Source: an uncultured virus (IMG/VR IMGVR_UViG_3300048503_000017)
Lineage: Duplodnaviria; Heunggongvirae; Uroviricota; Caudoviricetes
Direction: 5' to 3' (one strand)
DNA length: 64,000 nucleotides
Virus record (IMG/VR): IMGVR_UViG_3300048503_000017
A program made the translations under genes and the position numbers. The notes beneath the pieces were generated by a model. It had not been told where the DNA came from. It saw nothing but the letters and a program-made list of their open reading frames with translations, and did no database searches. Below are positions 19,001 to 28,423 of this stretch, piece after piece (position 1 is the stretch's first letter; every line of letters begins with the position of its first letter).

Positions 19001-20352
19001 GTGAAGCCGGGGGCTGACAAGGCCACGTTGGAGGTCCAGAGGTTCGAGCTTGCCGTAAGCCTTGGCGTACCCGTGTCCGATGTCCCTAACGACGCACCCG
19101 CTGGAAGCGTTATCGCCCCGGTGCTGGCGTTGTAGTGCGCTCCTACCACCACCGCCGCCTGATTCGATGAAGAGTTCGCCGGGTATAGACCGAGGTAATA
19201 TTCCGTGTTGTCGCTCTTGGTCGTAGTGGCAACATTGGTTGCGTTCGTGGCCGTCGTCGCCGTCGAAGCCGCGCTTACGGTCAGCGTATTCGCATCCACT
19301 ACAGTAGGCGCAAGCGCCGATCCGCTCGGCTGCCAAACCGGAACAAACGTATGCCCGGTAGTCCACGACGTGGGCTGCACGCTGCTAGTCATGGTCGTAG
19401 CGGATGCGGCCACACCAAGGCCGTACTGGGTCATGCCGGACAGTCCACTAGAACCGCTTCCGCCCGCTACCCACGTACATACAGCAGGGTTGGCGGCGGT
19501 GCAGGAAAGAAAAGTATTACCTGCTGTTGGCTGTGCATTTGGGAGTTTCAGAGTATAGGAGGTGATCGCCCCGTCAGCCGGTTGGATCGTTAGCAGGCCG
19601 CTTGTGGCGTTTGCCAGATATAACGGCGCGAGAGTTCCCGCCGTGCTCACGATGCTTCCTAGTGGAATCGTCGTTGCGGCCCCAACCTGAGAAGAGCCGT
19701 TCGCGTAGACATAGCCGGTCAAGCCGGTTAAGATCGGGGCTACGCTGAAGGTTTGGATTGCACTGTAGGTGTTCGCACCATTGAGCAGCGGTATAGTCGC
19801 TCCGCTAGTACCCGTGTTGTCCAAAGCCGCCGTACCGAGGGTAATCGCAGCAGGAGCAACAGCCGCGCTGCCCACTACCGTCCAGCCAAGCGCGTAGCTG
19901 CCATTCACGGTCGGGGAAGCTACATCCGTAAGTGCCGAGGTTGTACCCGCGCTGTAGGGAATTGAATACTGGGGCAAGGCAACGAGTGTACCAAGCTGTG
20001 CCGCAGTCGCACACGAAGGAACGCCCGTGCCAGTTGTGTTGTACAGGATGCAACTGGAGAGGCTGGAAAGCAGCACGCTGTTGATGCCATGCACCACCGT
20101 CGCACCTCCGGTAGACGTGCTGGTAGCATCGCCGGACAGAGTGACGAAGGTTCCGGAGCCGCCGCCCACCAGCGCCCACGTCCCGCTCTGGCAGGTATAG
20201 ATCGTTCCGAGACTGACCACCTGCTGATCGGGAAGGTTCTGCGTGCATGAACCGGAGGGAGCATTCGCCACGACTACGATGCTGGGATTGCTCACCTGTG
20301 CCCATGCTGCCGTTCCTGCGATGAGTAGTGCTGCTACGACAATTCGTTTCAT
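16090..20352 (-). CDS. large fibre/adhesin-like protein with signal peptide
   Basis: 1420 aa, G/S/T/A-rich, 17-aa NTANG repeats, MKRIVVAALLIAGTAAWA|Q. Confidence 0.75.
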   Translation of the reverse strand: MKRIVVAALLIAGTAAWAQVSNPSIVVVANAPSGSCTQNLPDQQVVSLGTIYTCQSGTWALVGGGSGTFVTLSGDATSTSTGGATVVHGINSVLLSSLSSCILYNTTGTGVPSCATAAQLGTLVALPQYSIPYSAGTTSALTDVASPTVNGSYALGWTVVGSAAVAPAAITLGTAALDNTGTSGATIPLLNGANTYSAIQTFSVAPILTGLTGYVYANGSSQVGAATTIPLGSIVSTAGTLAPLYLANATSGLLTIQPADGAITSYTLKLPNAQPTAGNTFLSCTAANPAVCTWVAGGSGSSGLSGMTQYGLGVAASATTMTSSVQPTSWTTGHTFVPVWQPSGSALAPTVVDANTLTVSAASTATTATNATNVATTTKSDNTEYYLGLYPANSSSNQAAVVVGAHYNASTGAITLPAGASLGTSDTGTPRLTASSNLWTSNVALSAPGFTGTGTTPAAMSLVAGSGSIPALTANSAGFAAPATGGTAFLYKLPATAAAGILHAAAPASNDGVNESALTSSAVSLTADVSGTLPIANGGTNATSAANALINLFPTASEVGDLIYCATYSSGCTSWALLNGNTSGTKWLQETSAGAPSWTTPGGGGTTTNALTAAATGGAAPSSTFNGAAAVTFDYHSFGAQKALSLLAGTYVDGDMCTYTASGTLLNCSTAVPSGSGIVNSGTSGQLAYYSSTGAAVSGTTAIPNGTTATTQSPGDNSTKVATTAYVSSPGAIAPTNVTASGTVSASSYSIGGVSIILPSTLTGYNGNSSGVKIPLSLSWNTPSALTSVCHDANGNLTDASCPSASGTGFNGGAGTSYQDALEIAAPANPASTYDRLYLDSTAHQLKCLTSSGGSCMPSGSMTYPGAGIGVSTGSAWGTSLTAPTGALVGAGQANTYTTGLQDFSSATMKLPASYTIAGPYTITQPGATGTLALTSAIPSVGTWGALNYPTWVSGTPFVKMTAAGTFALDTNAYLTANQTITLGGILSGSGGTSITAAAAAGYYMPTTTDEGNWNGKQAALGYTPANCTAGTSGSDCLQLSSGLVPAANLPTATTIAQGAVRPDGTTITIAGGVISSTGGGGFNPASPGPIGGTTPSTGAFTNITATGTVTAGATTPTTIGSSGVLLNGVPALQSQTSLNNYYSGGAGNLTGTGNDNTANGFQALQSNTAGSYNAANGMYALNANTIGAANIANGFQALAANTSGNYNTANGHAALHLNTTGSNNSANGFQALDSNTTGNSNTANGYQALYSNTTGSNNTANGYAAGQYIADGVTANQTSSNSVYEGYQAYPLASGDTNENVIGNTAIGHGSNTTTLGNSSTIGTWKFGTQHITATAPTASAGSVAAYSTNAGGEITGLSAATSVTITFANSGWTNAAFCTANSSTTLATNVYNSIQSNTAVTFTFPALTGNLFYHCDGN
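18121..18553. repeat. 433-bp near-identical copy of 26856-27288
   Basis: direct sequence comparison; one substitution noticed (Ile/Thr). Confidence 0.85.
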
Positions 20353-20411
20353 GATGTCTCCTAACTCGGACCCGTTTCTCCCGACCTTGTTGGGTAGCGT
20401 AACCTACTCAG

Positions 20412-23400
20412 CTACATCGTTTGCCATGCGAAAACGCTAGCAGCATAAGTACACTGCACTCTGACGGTATCCCCCCCAGCCCCGGCGGACGGTGAATATG
20501 CCGTGCCTGGGAGTAAAGCTGTAGCATCACTCACAGCAGCTTCTGCACCCGAATATCCAGATGTGCAAGCCGGAAGTTGAGTCCCCGCGTGACTGTAAAT
20601 CAGCGCTGGCTGAATGATGCTCGGAAGGGTTGCGGTCGCGCAACCCACATTCGTAAATGTGCCGCCCGTTCCATTGGCGCAGATCGGCGCCGTGCCGGGC
20701 GTCAGGCCGGAATCCGTGATGCTCGGCGCGGAGAACGGAACGCTCGCCGCAACCCCGCTATTTGTGATGTCGAAGTCGTGCGTCACAAGATCGGGGGCGA
20801 GGAAGGCTATCCCCAGCCCAGGCAGAACGCCCCCGTAGTATTCGCCCTGGATGGCTCCGGCGGTATGATCGCCGCTCCCATAGGAGGCGTTATAAATGCC
20901 CATGCCCGTGATTCCGTTGGATGAGCCAATTGTCGTGCCCTTGGGAAAATACTCATTGACTGAGAAGTTGTAGTTTTCTGACGGAATGTTGGTGTTCACA
21001 CCCAAGGCACTGACGTTGTACCACTTCGCGCTTCCCTGGACTGGAGTTCCAGCCGGGGCACCGTTTCCATTGAGCGACCAGATCGCTTGCTGCGTGTTGC
21101 TTGCACATCCCGATCCGCAGAAGCTGAAGCTCGTCATGGTCGCCGGTCCACTTACACCGTCAATCAAGATAGGCGCTTCCATCGTCGTTGCCGAACGGTA
21201 CGGGTCGCTGGCGCCGAGTATGGGATTGGTGACCTCGTTTCCAAAGTTAGTCGCTTGCAAGCTGCCCATGCTGCCAACAAAGACGTAGCGCGAACCACCT
21301 TTCATCTCCAGGCCGTTGAATATGGCTGTGCCGGTTGAGCGATTGTCACGCGCGTAGATTCCCATCCCAATAGAACTGACGCCGTGATAAGGCATCCCGT
21401 TGGCCTGGCGACTGTCATTAAACTTATGCCCGGTCTGCCGCTGATTCGTTGTAATCGGGCAGGCCGGTAGCTGTCCGTTGCCCGATCCTGGTGTACCGTT
21501 CTCGAAATCGGGGCTCAAGGCCGAGTATTCGCAGTGCCAGAAGTCGTTGTTAAACCAGCCATCGAATCTCTGCGAGAGAGACCCCGGTCCGCCGTAGGCT
21601 TGAACGCGGCTAAGAATGTTGCTCACGCTCTCCGCATCGAAAAACCCGCCATTGCCTGCAAGATAATCAAAGCGGTGATTCCAGTTTCCGCCGTTGATCC
21701 ATGACACTGTGCCGTTCATGGATATGTTGTTGAACTGTGCCCCCAAGTCCGTCGCCGCCGTGTACATACTGAAGCCGCAGTTCGAGTTTATGTCGTGGAT
21801 GCTGGAGTAGTTGACATTGTTTTCACCGAAGATGCCCATGAAACAGTTGTTGAAATTCAGGTTGCCAATGTCATTGTTCTCAAAGTTTCCCGCGATCAAG
21901 ATTGGCTCGTTGTTGTCGATGGCCCAGGTATCCCATTCATTGTTGAGCGTCACACCGCCGAGGCTTGCCCCGTTCGGACCTCCCAGGTTCACCCCGGAGG
22001 CGGTCAGGACGTTGACCGGCAGCGCGGGTGGGACAGTCGGCGTCATGTTGCTGCACTGACCCCAAATCGGGCTGACGTAGGTTCCGCCGCTTTGCTGGCA
22101 CGGAAAGTCTCCGAACACCACGATAGGCGGTGTGCTGCCGCAACCCGTCGCATTGTGGGTCACGGCGAAGCTCGTAATGCTTCCGCTGGAATTGGCTGTG
22201 GCCGTTCCGTTTCCGGCATAGCTTGAGCCTCCATATCCGCCGATGTTGTTGCAGGTGCTCCCGCCGCTGTTGATGAGGTAATAATCGAGAGTCGAACTAG
22301 CGCCGTATCCATCGCCTCCCACATCGAGCACTGGTGCGCCCGTTGTCCCGCCACTCACTGAGACATTAGCAATCGCCCCGTCACCGCCCAGAGCATTGAC
22401 AGTGCCGGTGACGGTCTGCGTTATTCCAAAGCCTTGGTCTACCACTGTGGTGCCGGTAATGACTCCGCTGGAGTTCGATGTCGCGGTCACAAATACTCCG
22501 CCACAGCCACCTTCGTTCATTCCCTGCGGACAGCCGCCTGAAAGGGTTGTCTGCAACGTGGCACCGTGCTTGTAGAGGCCGTTCCCGGCATTCGTGATGG
22601 TACAGGATGGAATCTTGCCGCTCGACGGTGTGCAGGAGAACGTCGCACCAGACCCTCCTGCCGGTGTTCCATATTCGCCTGTGTCCCATGAACTCGGCAG
22701 GATATAGAATGAGTTGCCAAACGAATCTGCGCCTGGCGTAAAGAATCCATACGTGTTGCCCACGCTCGGTATGGCGGGAAAGAAGCAGGTTGCTCCGCTC
22801 ACAGCCAGCCCCGCCGCTACGCAAGCATTCGATGCGGTGGTGTTGTCAGTGCCCCACATGATTCCAACTCCGCTGACGGTCTGCGTAATCGAGTTCAAGG
22901 AGGCGCAAGTGCCAACCGCGCCAATGGTCACGTTGGACCCAGCCACACTACAAATCTGGAAGTTGTAGGGCGGCGCAGTTGTAAAAGGTGTTGTGCTCCA
23001 GGCATAGCCATAATTCATGAATGCGCCGCGTTTGCCCACATCGGCGCTTGTGATCGGGTGTGCAAAGCCGCCTGGATAGCTCACGTTGATTACGCTTGTT
23101 CCCCCCGTCATGGAGGCATTTATGGTGTAGACCCCCTCAGTGGGCTGCATATCCGGCAACGCGCCATAACTTGTCACCATGAAATAGGGAGGTATAGCGC
23201 CGCTGCCAGTGTTTCCGATCGTGATTGAAGAACCGGACGGAGTTACAGATATACCGGAGCCGCCTACCAAATTGACAGCGCCCGATAGCGAGTTAAGGCT
23301 GGAGACGCCGGCGCTTCCGCCGCCCGTGGAACTAATCACCCCCCCAGCAATCGTAATCGTTGTGCCATCCGGTCTCACAACGCCCTGCGCGATGGTCGTA

Positions 23401-26400
23401 GCTGTTGGGAGATTTGCAGCAGGAACAATGGCTTCGCTGCTGAGAAGACCACTGGAGTTGGTGGTTACAACACCAGCGGTGGTTAGACCCGCAATGTGCG
23501 CGGAACCAGCCAAGTAGGTATCCGTGACGCTTGAATTGCCCAGAGTGGTGGTGTTGCTGCCGTGGCCGATTACTTGGTTTCCGATTACATTCTCATTCGT
23601 ATCGCCAGAGGCAAGCGGATAGGCTTGAAAGCCCTCATACACTGAGTTGCTGCTAGTTTGATTGGCGGTCACGCCATCCGCGATGTATAGTCCCGCGAAA
23701 AACCCATTCGCGGTGTTGCTGGGGCCGGTGGTGTTGAAGAAGAGCGCCCCGTACCCATTCGCGGTGTTTTGGAAGCCGGTGGTGTTGGCGTGGAGCGCCG
23801 CGTTCCCATTCGCGGTGTTGTTGTAGCCGGTGGTGTTGGAGTAGAGCGCCCCGTACCCATTCGCGGTGTTTTGGTAGCCGGTGGTGTTGGAGTAGAGCGC
23901 ATCGTACCCATTCGCGGTGTTGTAGGGGCCGGTGCCAGTCAGATTGCCCGCTCCACCGGAGTAGTAGTTATTTAGCGATGTCTGCGACTGTAGAGCGGGA
24001 ACCCCATTTAACAAAACACCGCTTGAACCGATAGTTGTAGGTGTTGTCGTGCCAGCCGAGACGGTGCCAGCCGCAACGGCGCCTGAGAACGATGCGCTGG
24101 TGCCATTGAGTGCGCCGGTCAGCGTACCGCCGGTGAGGGGAAGTTTCGTCGGGTCTGTGGCAGTTCCCGCACTGGTTGCATAGGTAGCTGTGGCCGCGTT
24201 GCCAGTGGTGGATTGGTTCCAGGTCGGCACAGTGCCACTCAGCTGCGAGTAAGGAAGAGCCAGGCTGGGAAGAGTTGTGACTGAGGCAGTAATGTATCCC
24301 GCTGGGTTCGTGCTGTTGTACGGAGTGAAACCCAGCGCTGCCTGGTACTGCGGAATGTTTATGACGTTCCCACTGTAGGTCGCTGGGCCGCTGGTGCCTG
24401 TAGTGGTCAGCGTAAAGGCTGGGGCTGCGCCAAGGTTAGCCAGCGCCCCGGCTGCCGTGGTTGCGCCCGTGCCTCCGTGCCCGATATCAAGTGGATTAGT
24501 TGGAACTATAGTGCCAGCCGTGACGGTGCCTGAGAACGTGCCTGTAGTGGCTGAGACTGTGCCGCCGTTGACGTTAGTGGCGTTCGTGGCTTGGGTCGCA
24601 GTAGCAGCATTCCCGGTAGTGTTCTGATTCCATATTGGAACCGCGCCACTCAATTGTGAATAAGGCAAGCTGAGTGCGGACAAAGTCGTTAGCGTAGAAT
24701 TGCTGGTTGCTGTGATGTTGGCGGCGGTGCCTGTTGTGTTCTGGTTCCACGTAGGTACAGTTCCAGTTAGACCAGTGTAAGCCACATTTGTAGCAGTGGC
24801 AGCGTTTCCTGAGATGTTGATACCCCATGTACCAGAGGCACCAGTTCCGGTGGTGCTTGGAGCACCAATGGTGTTGTAACTCACCGTTAACGCCGACGAA
24901 CCTATATAGTTCGAACCGGATGCTCCGCCACTGCCGCCGTTGTTGAATGTAAGTGAGTTGGCGTTCGTAGTTGGGATGGTACAACTACCGCCACCAGATG
25001 TGAAGGTGCAAGCGGTGCTATTGATGGTGAGCGTCGGACTCAGCGTGGTTGCCCAAGAATTACCAGCAGAGACTACGGCAATGCCGCTGCCACTTGGATA
25101 CACCATGCCGCTGCCGGAGCCGGTTCCGCACTCTGAGCCTGTGTTACTGATAACTCCTACGGTGTTAATGTGCAGGCAATAAGTACCTGATGCTGACTCC
25201 GCCCCTGTGTCTATCAGACCGGTCGTTCGCGCTGTTCCGTTTACGTCTAGTGGATATGCAGGATTCGTCGTCCCGATGCCGACGTTGCCGGAGAATGATG
25301 CGCTGGTGCCATTGAGTGCGCCGGTCAGCGTTCCGCCAGTGAGGGGAAGTTTCGTCGGGTCTGTGGCAGTTCCCGCACTAGTCGCATAGGTGGCTGTGGC
25401 CGCGTTGCCTGTGGTGTTTTGATTCCAAGTTGGAACTGTGCCGGAAAGCTGACTGTAAGGCAAGCTGAGGGCGGACAAAGTTGTCAAAGTAGCGTTGGTG
25501 GCGGCGGTAATGTTGGCGGCGGTGCCTGTCGTACTATTTGTGATCGTGCCAGTCTGGGCCACAATCTGCCCACTGCTGTTCGTCGCCGCTACAGTAGCCG
25601 ACACCGGCACTGCACCACCGTTGATCTTGGCTACCGTCGGGTTCGGATAGATGCCTGAAAGGTCGCCGCCCGCCGCGCCACTTGGAGGAAGACTACTAGG
25701 CATTGCCGTGTTGCAATTAAGCAATGTTCCAGTGGAAGTGTAACTGCATAGATCTCCGCTCACATACGTTCCAGCCACTAGACTAAGCGCCGCTTGTTTG
25801 CCGTTCCAGTTTCCTTCATCGGTGGTTGTAGGCATGTAGTATCCAGCAGCCGCAGCCGCCGTAATAGAGGTTCCGCCAGAACCGGACAGAATCCCACCCA
25901 AAGTTATCGTCTGGTTGGCAGTCAGGTAAGCATTCGTGTCTAGAGCAAATGTCCCCGCCGCCGTCATCTTTACAAAAGGAGACCCGGTTGTCCACGTCGG
26001 ATAATTGAGCGCTGCCCACGTTCCGAGCGTAGGTACGCCTGTCAATTGGGAGTACGGAAGAGACAAAGCGGAGAGCGTCGTCAGAGTCGAGTTGGTGGTA
26101 GCCGTGATGTTCGCGGCGGTGCCGGTAAAGCTCGTACCATGGACTATCCCAGCCAAGTAGGTATCCGTAATGCTGCTGTTCCCCAGCGTCGTCGTGTTGC
26201 TGCCGCGGCCGATTGCGGTGTTTCCGATTACATTTTCATTCGTATCGCCAGAGGCAAGCGGATAGGCTTGAAAGCCCTCATACACTGAGTTGCTGCTAGT
26301 TTGATTGGCGGTCACGCCATCCGCGATGTATTGTCCCGCCTGGTACCCATTCGCGGTGTTGTTGTAGCCGGTGGTGTTGGCGTAGAGCGCCCGAAACCCA

Positions 26401-27992
26401 TTCGCGGTGTTGGAGGAGCCGGTGGTGTTGGAGTAGAGCGCCTGATACCCATTCGCGGTGTTGGAGGGGCCGGTGGTGTTGGAGTAGAGCGCCTGATACC
26501 CATTCGCGGTGTTGGAGGGGCCGGTGGTGTTGGAGTAGAGCGCCTGAAGCCCATTCGCGGTGTTGTAGTTGCCGGTGGTGTTGGAGGAGAGCGCCTGAAA
26601 CCCATTCGCGGTGTTGTAGTTGCCGGTGGTGTTGGCGTAGAGCGCCCGAAACCCATTCGCGGTGTTGTCGGAGCCGGTGGTGTTGGAGAGTCCCGCCGCG
26701 TACCCATTCGCGGTGTTGTTGTAGCCGGTGCCAGTCAGATTGCCCGCTCCACCGGAGTAGTAGTTGTCGAGCGATGTCTGTGACTGGAGAGCGGGAACCC
26801 CATTTAACAAAACACCGCTTGAACCGATAGTTGTAGGTGTTGTAGCGCCAGCCGTGACGGTGCCTGAAGCGGTGACATTAGTCGGCGCAATCGCCCCTGG
26901 TGAGGACACATACGCTGTAGTCGCCACTTTGGTGCTGTTGTCGCCCGGTGATTGCGTAGTGGCTGTGGTGCCGTTGGGAATCGCCGTTGTGCCACTTACC
27001 GCTGCGCCTGTAGATGAGTAGTAGGCTAACTGGCCAGATGTGCCGCTGTTCACTGTGCCGGAGCCGGAGGGTACTGCCGTGCTGCAATTGAGCAGCGTTC
27101 CTGATGCCGTGTAGGTGCACATATCACCATCAACGTAGGTTCCTGCAAGGAGCGACAACGCCTTCTGCGCGCCGAAGGAATGGTAATCGAATGTCACCGC
27201 CGCTGCGCCGTTGAAGGTTGAACTTGGTGCCGCTCCACCTGTTGCCGCCGCTGTAAGTGCGTTTGTGGTAGTACCACCCCCACCTGGATTGCCGCATCCT
27301 GTGCCGTCTGCCTTGGCGTAGAGCCCAGTGCAAGAACCGCTTGCACCGCCGATAGTGACAGGGTTCGTAGTGCCAGCCACGACGGTGCCTGGGAACGTGC
27401 TGACCTGTGAACTGGTTCCCAGCGTCCCTGTCTGTGTTACGCCGGTGATACTTAGGTTCGCCGTTCCAGGAGTAGTTACATCTAACGTCCATGAAGCCGG
27501 GATCGTACTGAGCGCATACATAGAGAACTTAGGTGTAGTGATTGAACCACCTATATCGAGGGTGCCGAACGTTCCCGTCCCTGAGCAGGTGATATTCCCA
27601 AGCCCGCCCACAGTAGCAAAATTGCACCCCGAGACAGGGTTGACCGCGTTATTCCCATTGACCACATAACTGTACGTCGTTCCCGCTTGCGGGCTGACCT
27701 GCACTAGATAAAGCCCCGGAGAGGGTATTAAAGGAGCGTAAACCGTGTAGTTGCCTTGACTGTCCGCAATGTACGGATTCGAGGCCGGGAGAGTCATTCC
27801 GTAGTCTTGAAAAAGGGATACGGTTGGCACACAGGGAACTCCTGTGCTCGTCACCAAACAGACACGGACTTGAGCCCCAGGAACCGGCTGGCCGTACTGA
27901 GAGATCACCACTCCTGAAATAGGAATGGCGACTTGCGACCATCCGAGAGGAGCTAGGGCAGCGCAAATGATTATCGAGGCGAGGCGCTTCAT
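20412..27992 (-). CDS. very large fibre/tailspike-like protein with signal peptide and probable beta-helix (depolymerase-like) C-terminal region
   Basis: 2526 aa; signal peptide; ISGVVISQYGQPVPGAQV (CarboxypepD_reg-like); NTANG repeats; VTSYGA...GTDNTTA...CFFP pectate-lyase-3-like start; N/G-rich C-terminus. Confidence 0.75.
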   Translation of the reverse strand: MKRLASIIICAALAPLGWSQVAIPISGVVISQYGQPVPGAQVRVCLVTSTGVPCVPTVSLFQDYGMTLPASNPYIADSQGNYTVYAPLIPSPGLYLVQVSPQAGTTYSYVVNGNNAVNPVSGCNFATVGGLGNITCSGTGTFGTLDIGGSITTPKFSMYALSTIPASWTLDVTTPGTANLSITGVTQTGTLGTSSQVSTFPGTVVAGTTNPVTIGGASGSCTGLYAKADGTGCGNPGGGGTTTNALTAAATGGAAPSSTFNGAAAVTFDYHSFGAQKALSLLAGTYVDGDMCTYTASGTLLNCSTAVPSGSGTVNSGTSGQLAYYSSTGAAVSGTTAIPNGTTATTQSPGDNSTKVATTAYVSSPGAIAPTNVTASGTVTAGATTPTTIGSSGVLLNGVPALQSQTSLDNYYSGGAGNLTGTGYNNTANGYAAGLSNTTGSDNTANGFRALYANTTGNYNTANGFQALSSNTTGNYNTANGLQALYSNTTGPSNTANGYQALYSNTTGPSNTANGYQALYSNTTGSSNTANGFRALYANTTGYNNTANGYQAGQYIADGVTANQTSSNSVYEGFQAYPLASGDTNENVIGNTAIGRGSNTTTLGNSSITDTYLAGIVHGTSFTGTAANITATTNSTLTTLSALSLPYSQLTGVPTLGTWAALNYPTWTTGSPFVKMTAAGTFALDTNAYLTANQTITLGGILSGSGGTSITAAAAAGYYMPTTTDEGNWNGKQAALSLVAGTYVSGDLCSYTSTGTLLNCNTAMPSSLPPSGAAGGDLSGIYPNPTVAKINGGAVPVSATVAATNSSGQIVAQTGTITNSTTGTAANITAATNATLTTLSALSLPYSQLSGTVPTWNQNTTGNAATATYATSAGTATDPTKLPLTGGTLTGALNGTSASFSGNVGIGTTNPAYPLDVNGTARTTGLIDTGAESASGTYCLHINTVGVISNTGSECGTGSGSGMVYPSGSGIAVVSAGNSWATTLSPTLTINSTACTFTSGGGSCTIPTTNANSLTFNNGGSGGASGSNYIGSSALTVSYNTIGAPSTTGTGASGTWGINISGNAATATNVAYTGLTGTVPTWNQNTTGTAANITATSNSTLTTLSALSLPYSQLSGAVPIWNQNTTGNAATATQATNATNVNGGTVSATTGTFSGTVTAGTIVPTNPLDIGHGGTGATTAAGALANLGAAPAFTLTTTGTSGPATYSGNVINIPQYQAALGFTPYNSTNPAGYITASVTTLPSLALPYSQLSGTVPTWNQSTTGNAATATYATSAGTATDPTKLPLTGGTLTGALNGTSASFSGAVAAGTVSAGTTTPTTIGSSGVLLNGVPALQSQTSLNNYYSGGAGNLTGTGPYNTANGYDALYSNTTGYQNTANGYGALYSNTTGYNNTANGNAALHANTTGFQNTANGYGALFFNTTGPSNTANGFFAGLYIADGVTANQTSSNSVYEGFQAYPLASGDTNENVIGNQVIGHGSNTTTLGNSSVTDTYLAGSAHIAGLTTAGVVTTNSSGLLSSEAIVPAANLPTATTIAQGVVRPDGTTITIAGGVISSTGGGSAGVSSLNSLSGAVNLVGGSGISVTPSGSSITIGNTGSGAIPPYFMVTSYGALPDMQPTEGVYTINASMTGGTSVINVSYPGGFAHPITSADVGKRGAFMNYGYAWSTTPFTTAPPYNFQICSVAGSNVTIGAVGTCASLNSITQTVSGVGIMWGTDNTTASNACVAAGLAVSGATCFFPAIPSVGNTYGFFTPGADSFGNSFYILPSSWDTGEYGTPAGGSGATFSCTPSSGKIPSCTITNAGNGLYKHGATLQTTLSGGCPQGMNEGGCGGVFVTATSNSSGVITGTTVVDQGFGITQTVTGTVNALGGDGAIANVSVSGGTTGAPVLDVGGDGYGASSTLDYYLINSGGSTCNNIGGYGGSSYAGNGTATANSSGSITSFAVTHNATGCGSTPPIVVFGDFPCQQSGGTYVSPIWGQCSNMTPTVPPALPVNVLTASGVNLGGPNGASLGGVTLNNEWDTWAIDNNEPILIAGNFENNDIGNLNFNNCFMGIFGENNVNYSSIHDINSNCGFSMYTAATDLGAQFNNISMNGTVSWINGGNWNHRFDYLAGNGGFFDAESVSNILSRVQAYGGPGSLSQRFDGWFNNDFWHCEYSALSPDFENGTPGSGNGQLPACPITTNQRQTGHKFNDSRQANGMPYHGVSSIGMGIYARDNRSTGTAIFNGLEMKGGSRYVFVGSMGSLQATNFGNEVTNPILGASDPYRSATTMEAPILIDGVSGPATMTSFSFCGSGCASNTQQAIWSLNGNGAPAGTPVQGSAKWYNVSALGVNTNIPSENYNFSVNEYFPKGTTIGSSNGITGMGIYNASYGSGDHTAGAIQGEYYGGVLPGLGIAFLAPDLVTHDFDITNSGVAASVPFSAPSITDSGLTPGTAPICANGTGGTFTNVGCATATLPSIIQPALIYSHAGTQLPACTSGYSGAEAAVSDATALLPGTAYSPSAGAGGDTVRVQCTYAASVFAWQTM
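26345..26720 (-). repeat. 51-bp tandem coding repeats (8 NTANG units); sister arrays at about 23700-23925 (5 units) and 16560-16890 (7 units)
   Basis: CCCATTCGCG recurring every 51 bp. Confidence 0.85.
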
Positions 27993-28036
27993 GCCTTCAT
28001 GGTAGGCAAAACCGAGTTCCCTTTACAATGGGAAAA

Positions 28037-28423
28037 TCAAGGCGCATCTATGAGGTACGGCATTTTGCTACTTCCTTTTTTGGAATTGCACCAACCACAT
28101 ACCGCCGCTGAAACTGGCCTGCCTCCAATTTGTATGCGGTCGTCACGCTTGGACCCACCAGACCCCCTCCCGTTCTCGTGGTCAAACTGGACCTCATCCT
28201 TCGGCCATCGGCCCTGACGCTGCTTGCATATGAACGTGATCTGCAAGGCGCACCTGCGGCCTTGGCGCTCCCACATCTCCAGTTTGCGGCGCTGGTACTC
28301 GTCAGAACCGGCTTTGGTCTTCAGGTCAAGGATCTCCCGACCGTCGGGGAACACCTTCATGGCAGGCTTCGGCGGCTTCTTGGGAGGGTGAAGGTAGTTC
28401 TGCATGTAGGTAGGATCGCTCAT
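28037..28423 (-). CDS. HNH endonuclease
   Basis: RCAL...C...FDHE...AVCGWCNSKKG. Confidence 0.75.
   Translation of the reverse strand: MSDPTYMQNYLHPPKKPPKPAMKVFPDGREILDLKTKAGSDEYQRRKLEMWERQGRRCALQITFICKQRQGRWPKDEVQFDHENGRGSGGSKRDDRIQIGGRPVSAAVCGWCNSKKGSSKMPYLIDAP

Noticed and set aside
16560..26720. 51-bp repeats as a CRISPR array or DGR template/variable pair
   Set aside because: They are in-frame coding repeats without spacers; variation is not limited to adenines, and no reverse transcriptase is in the window.
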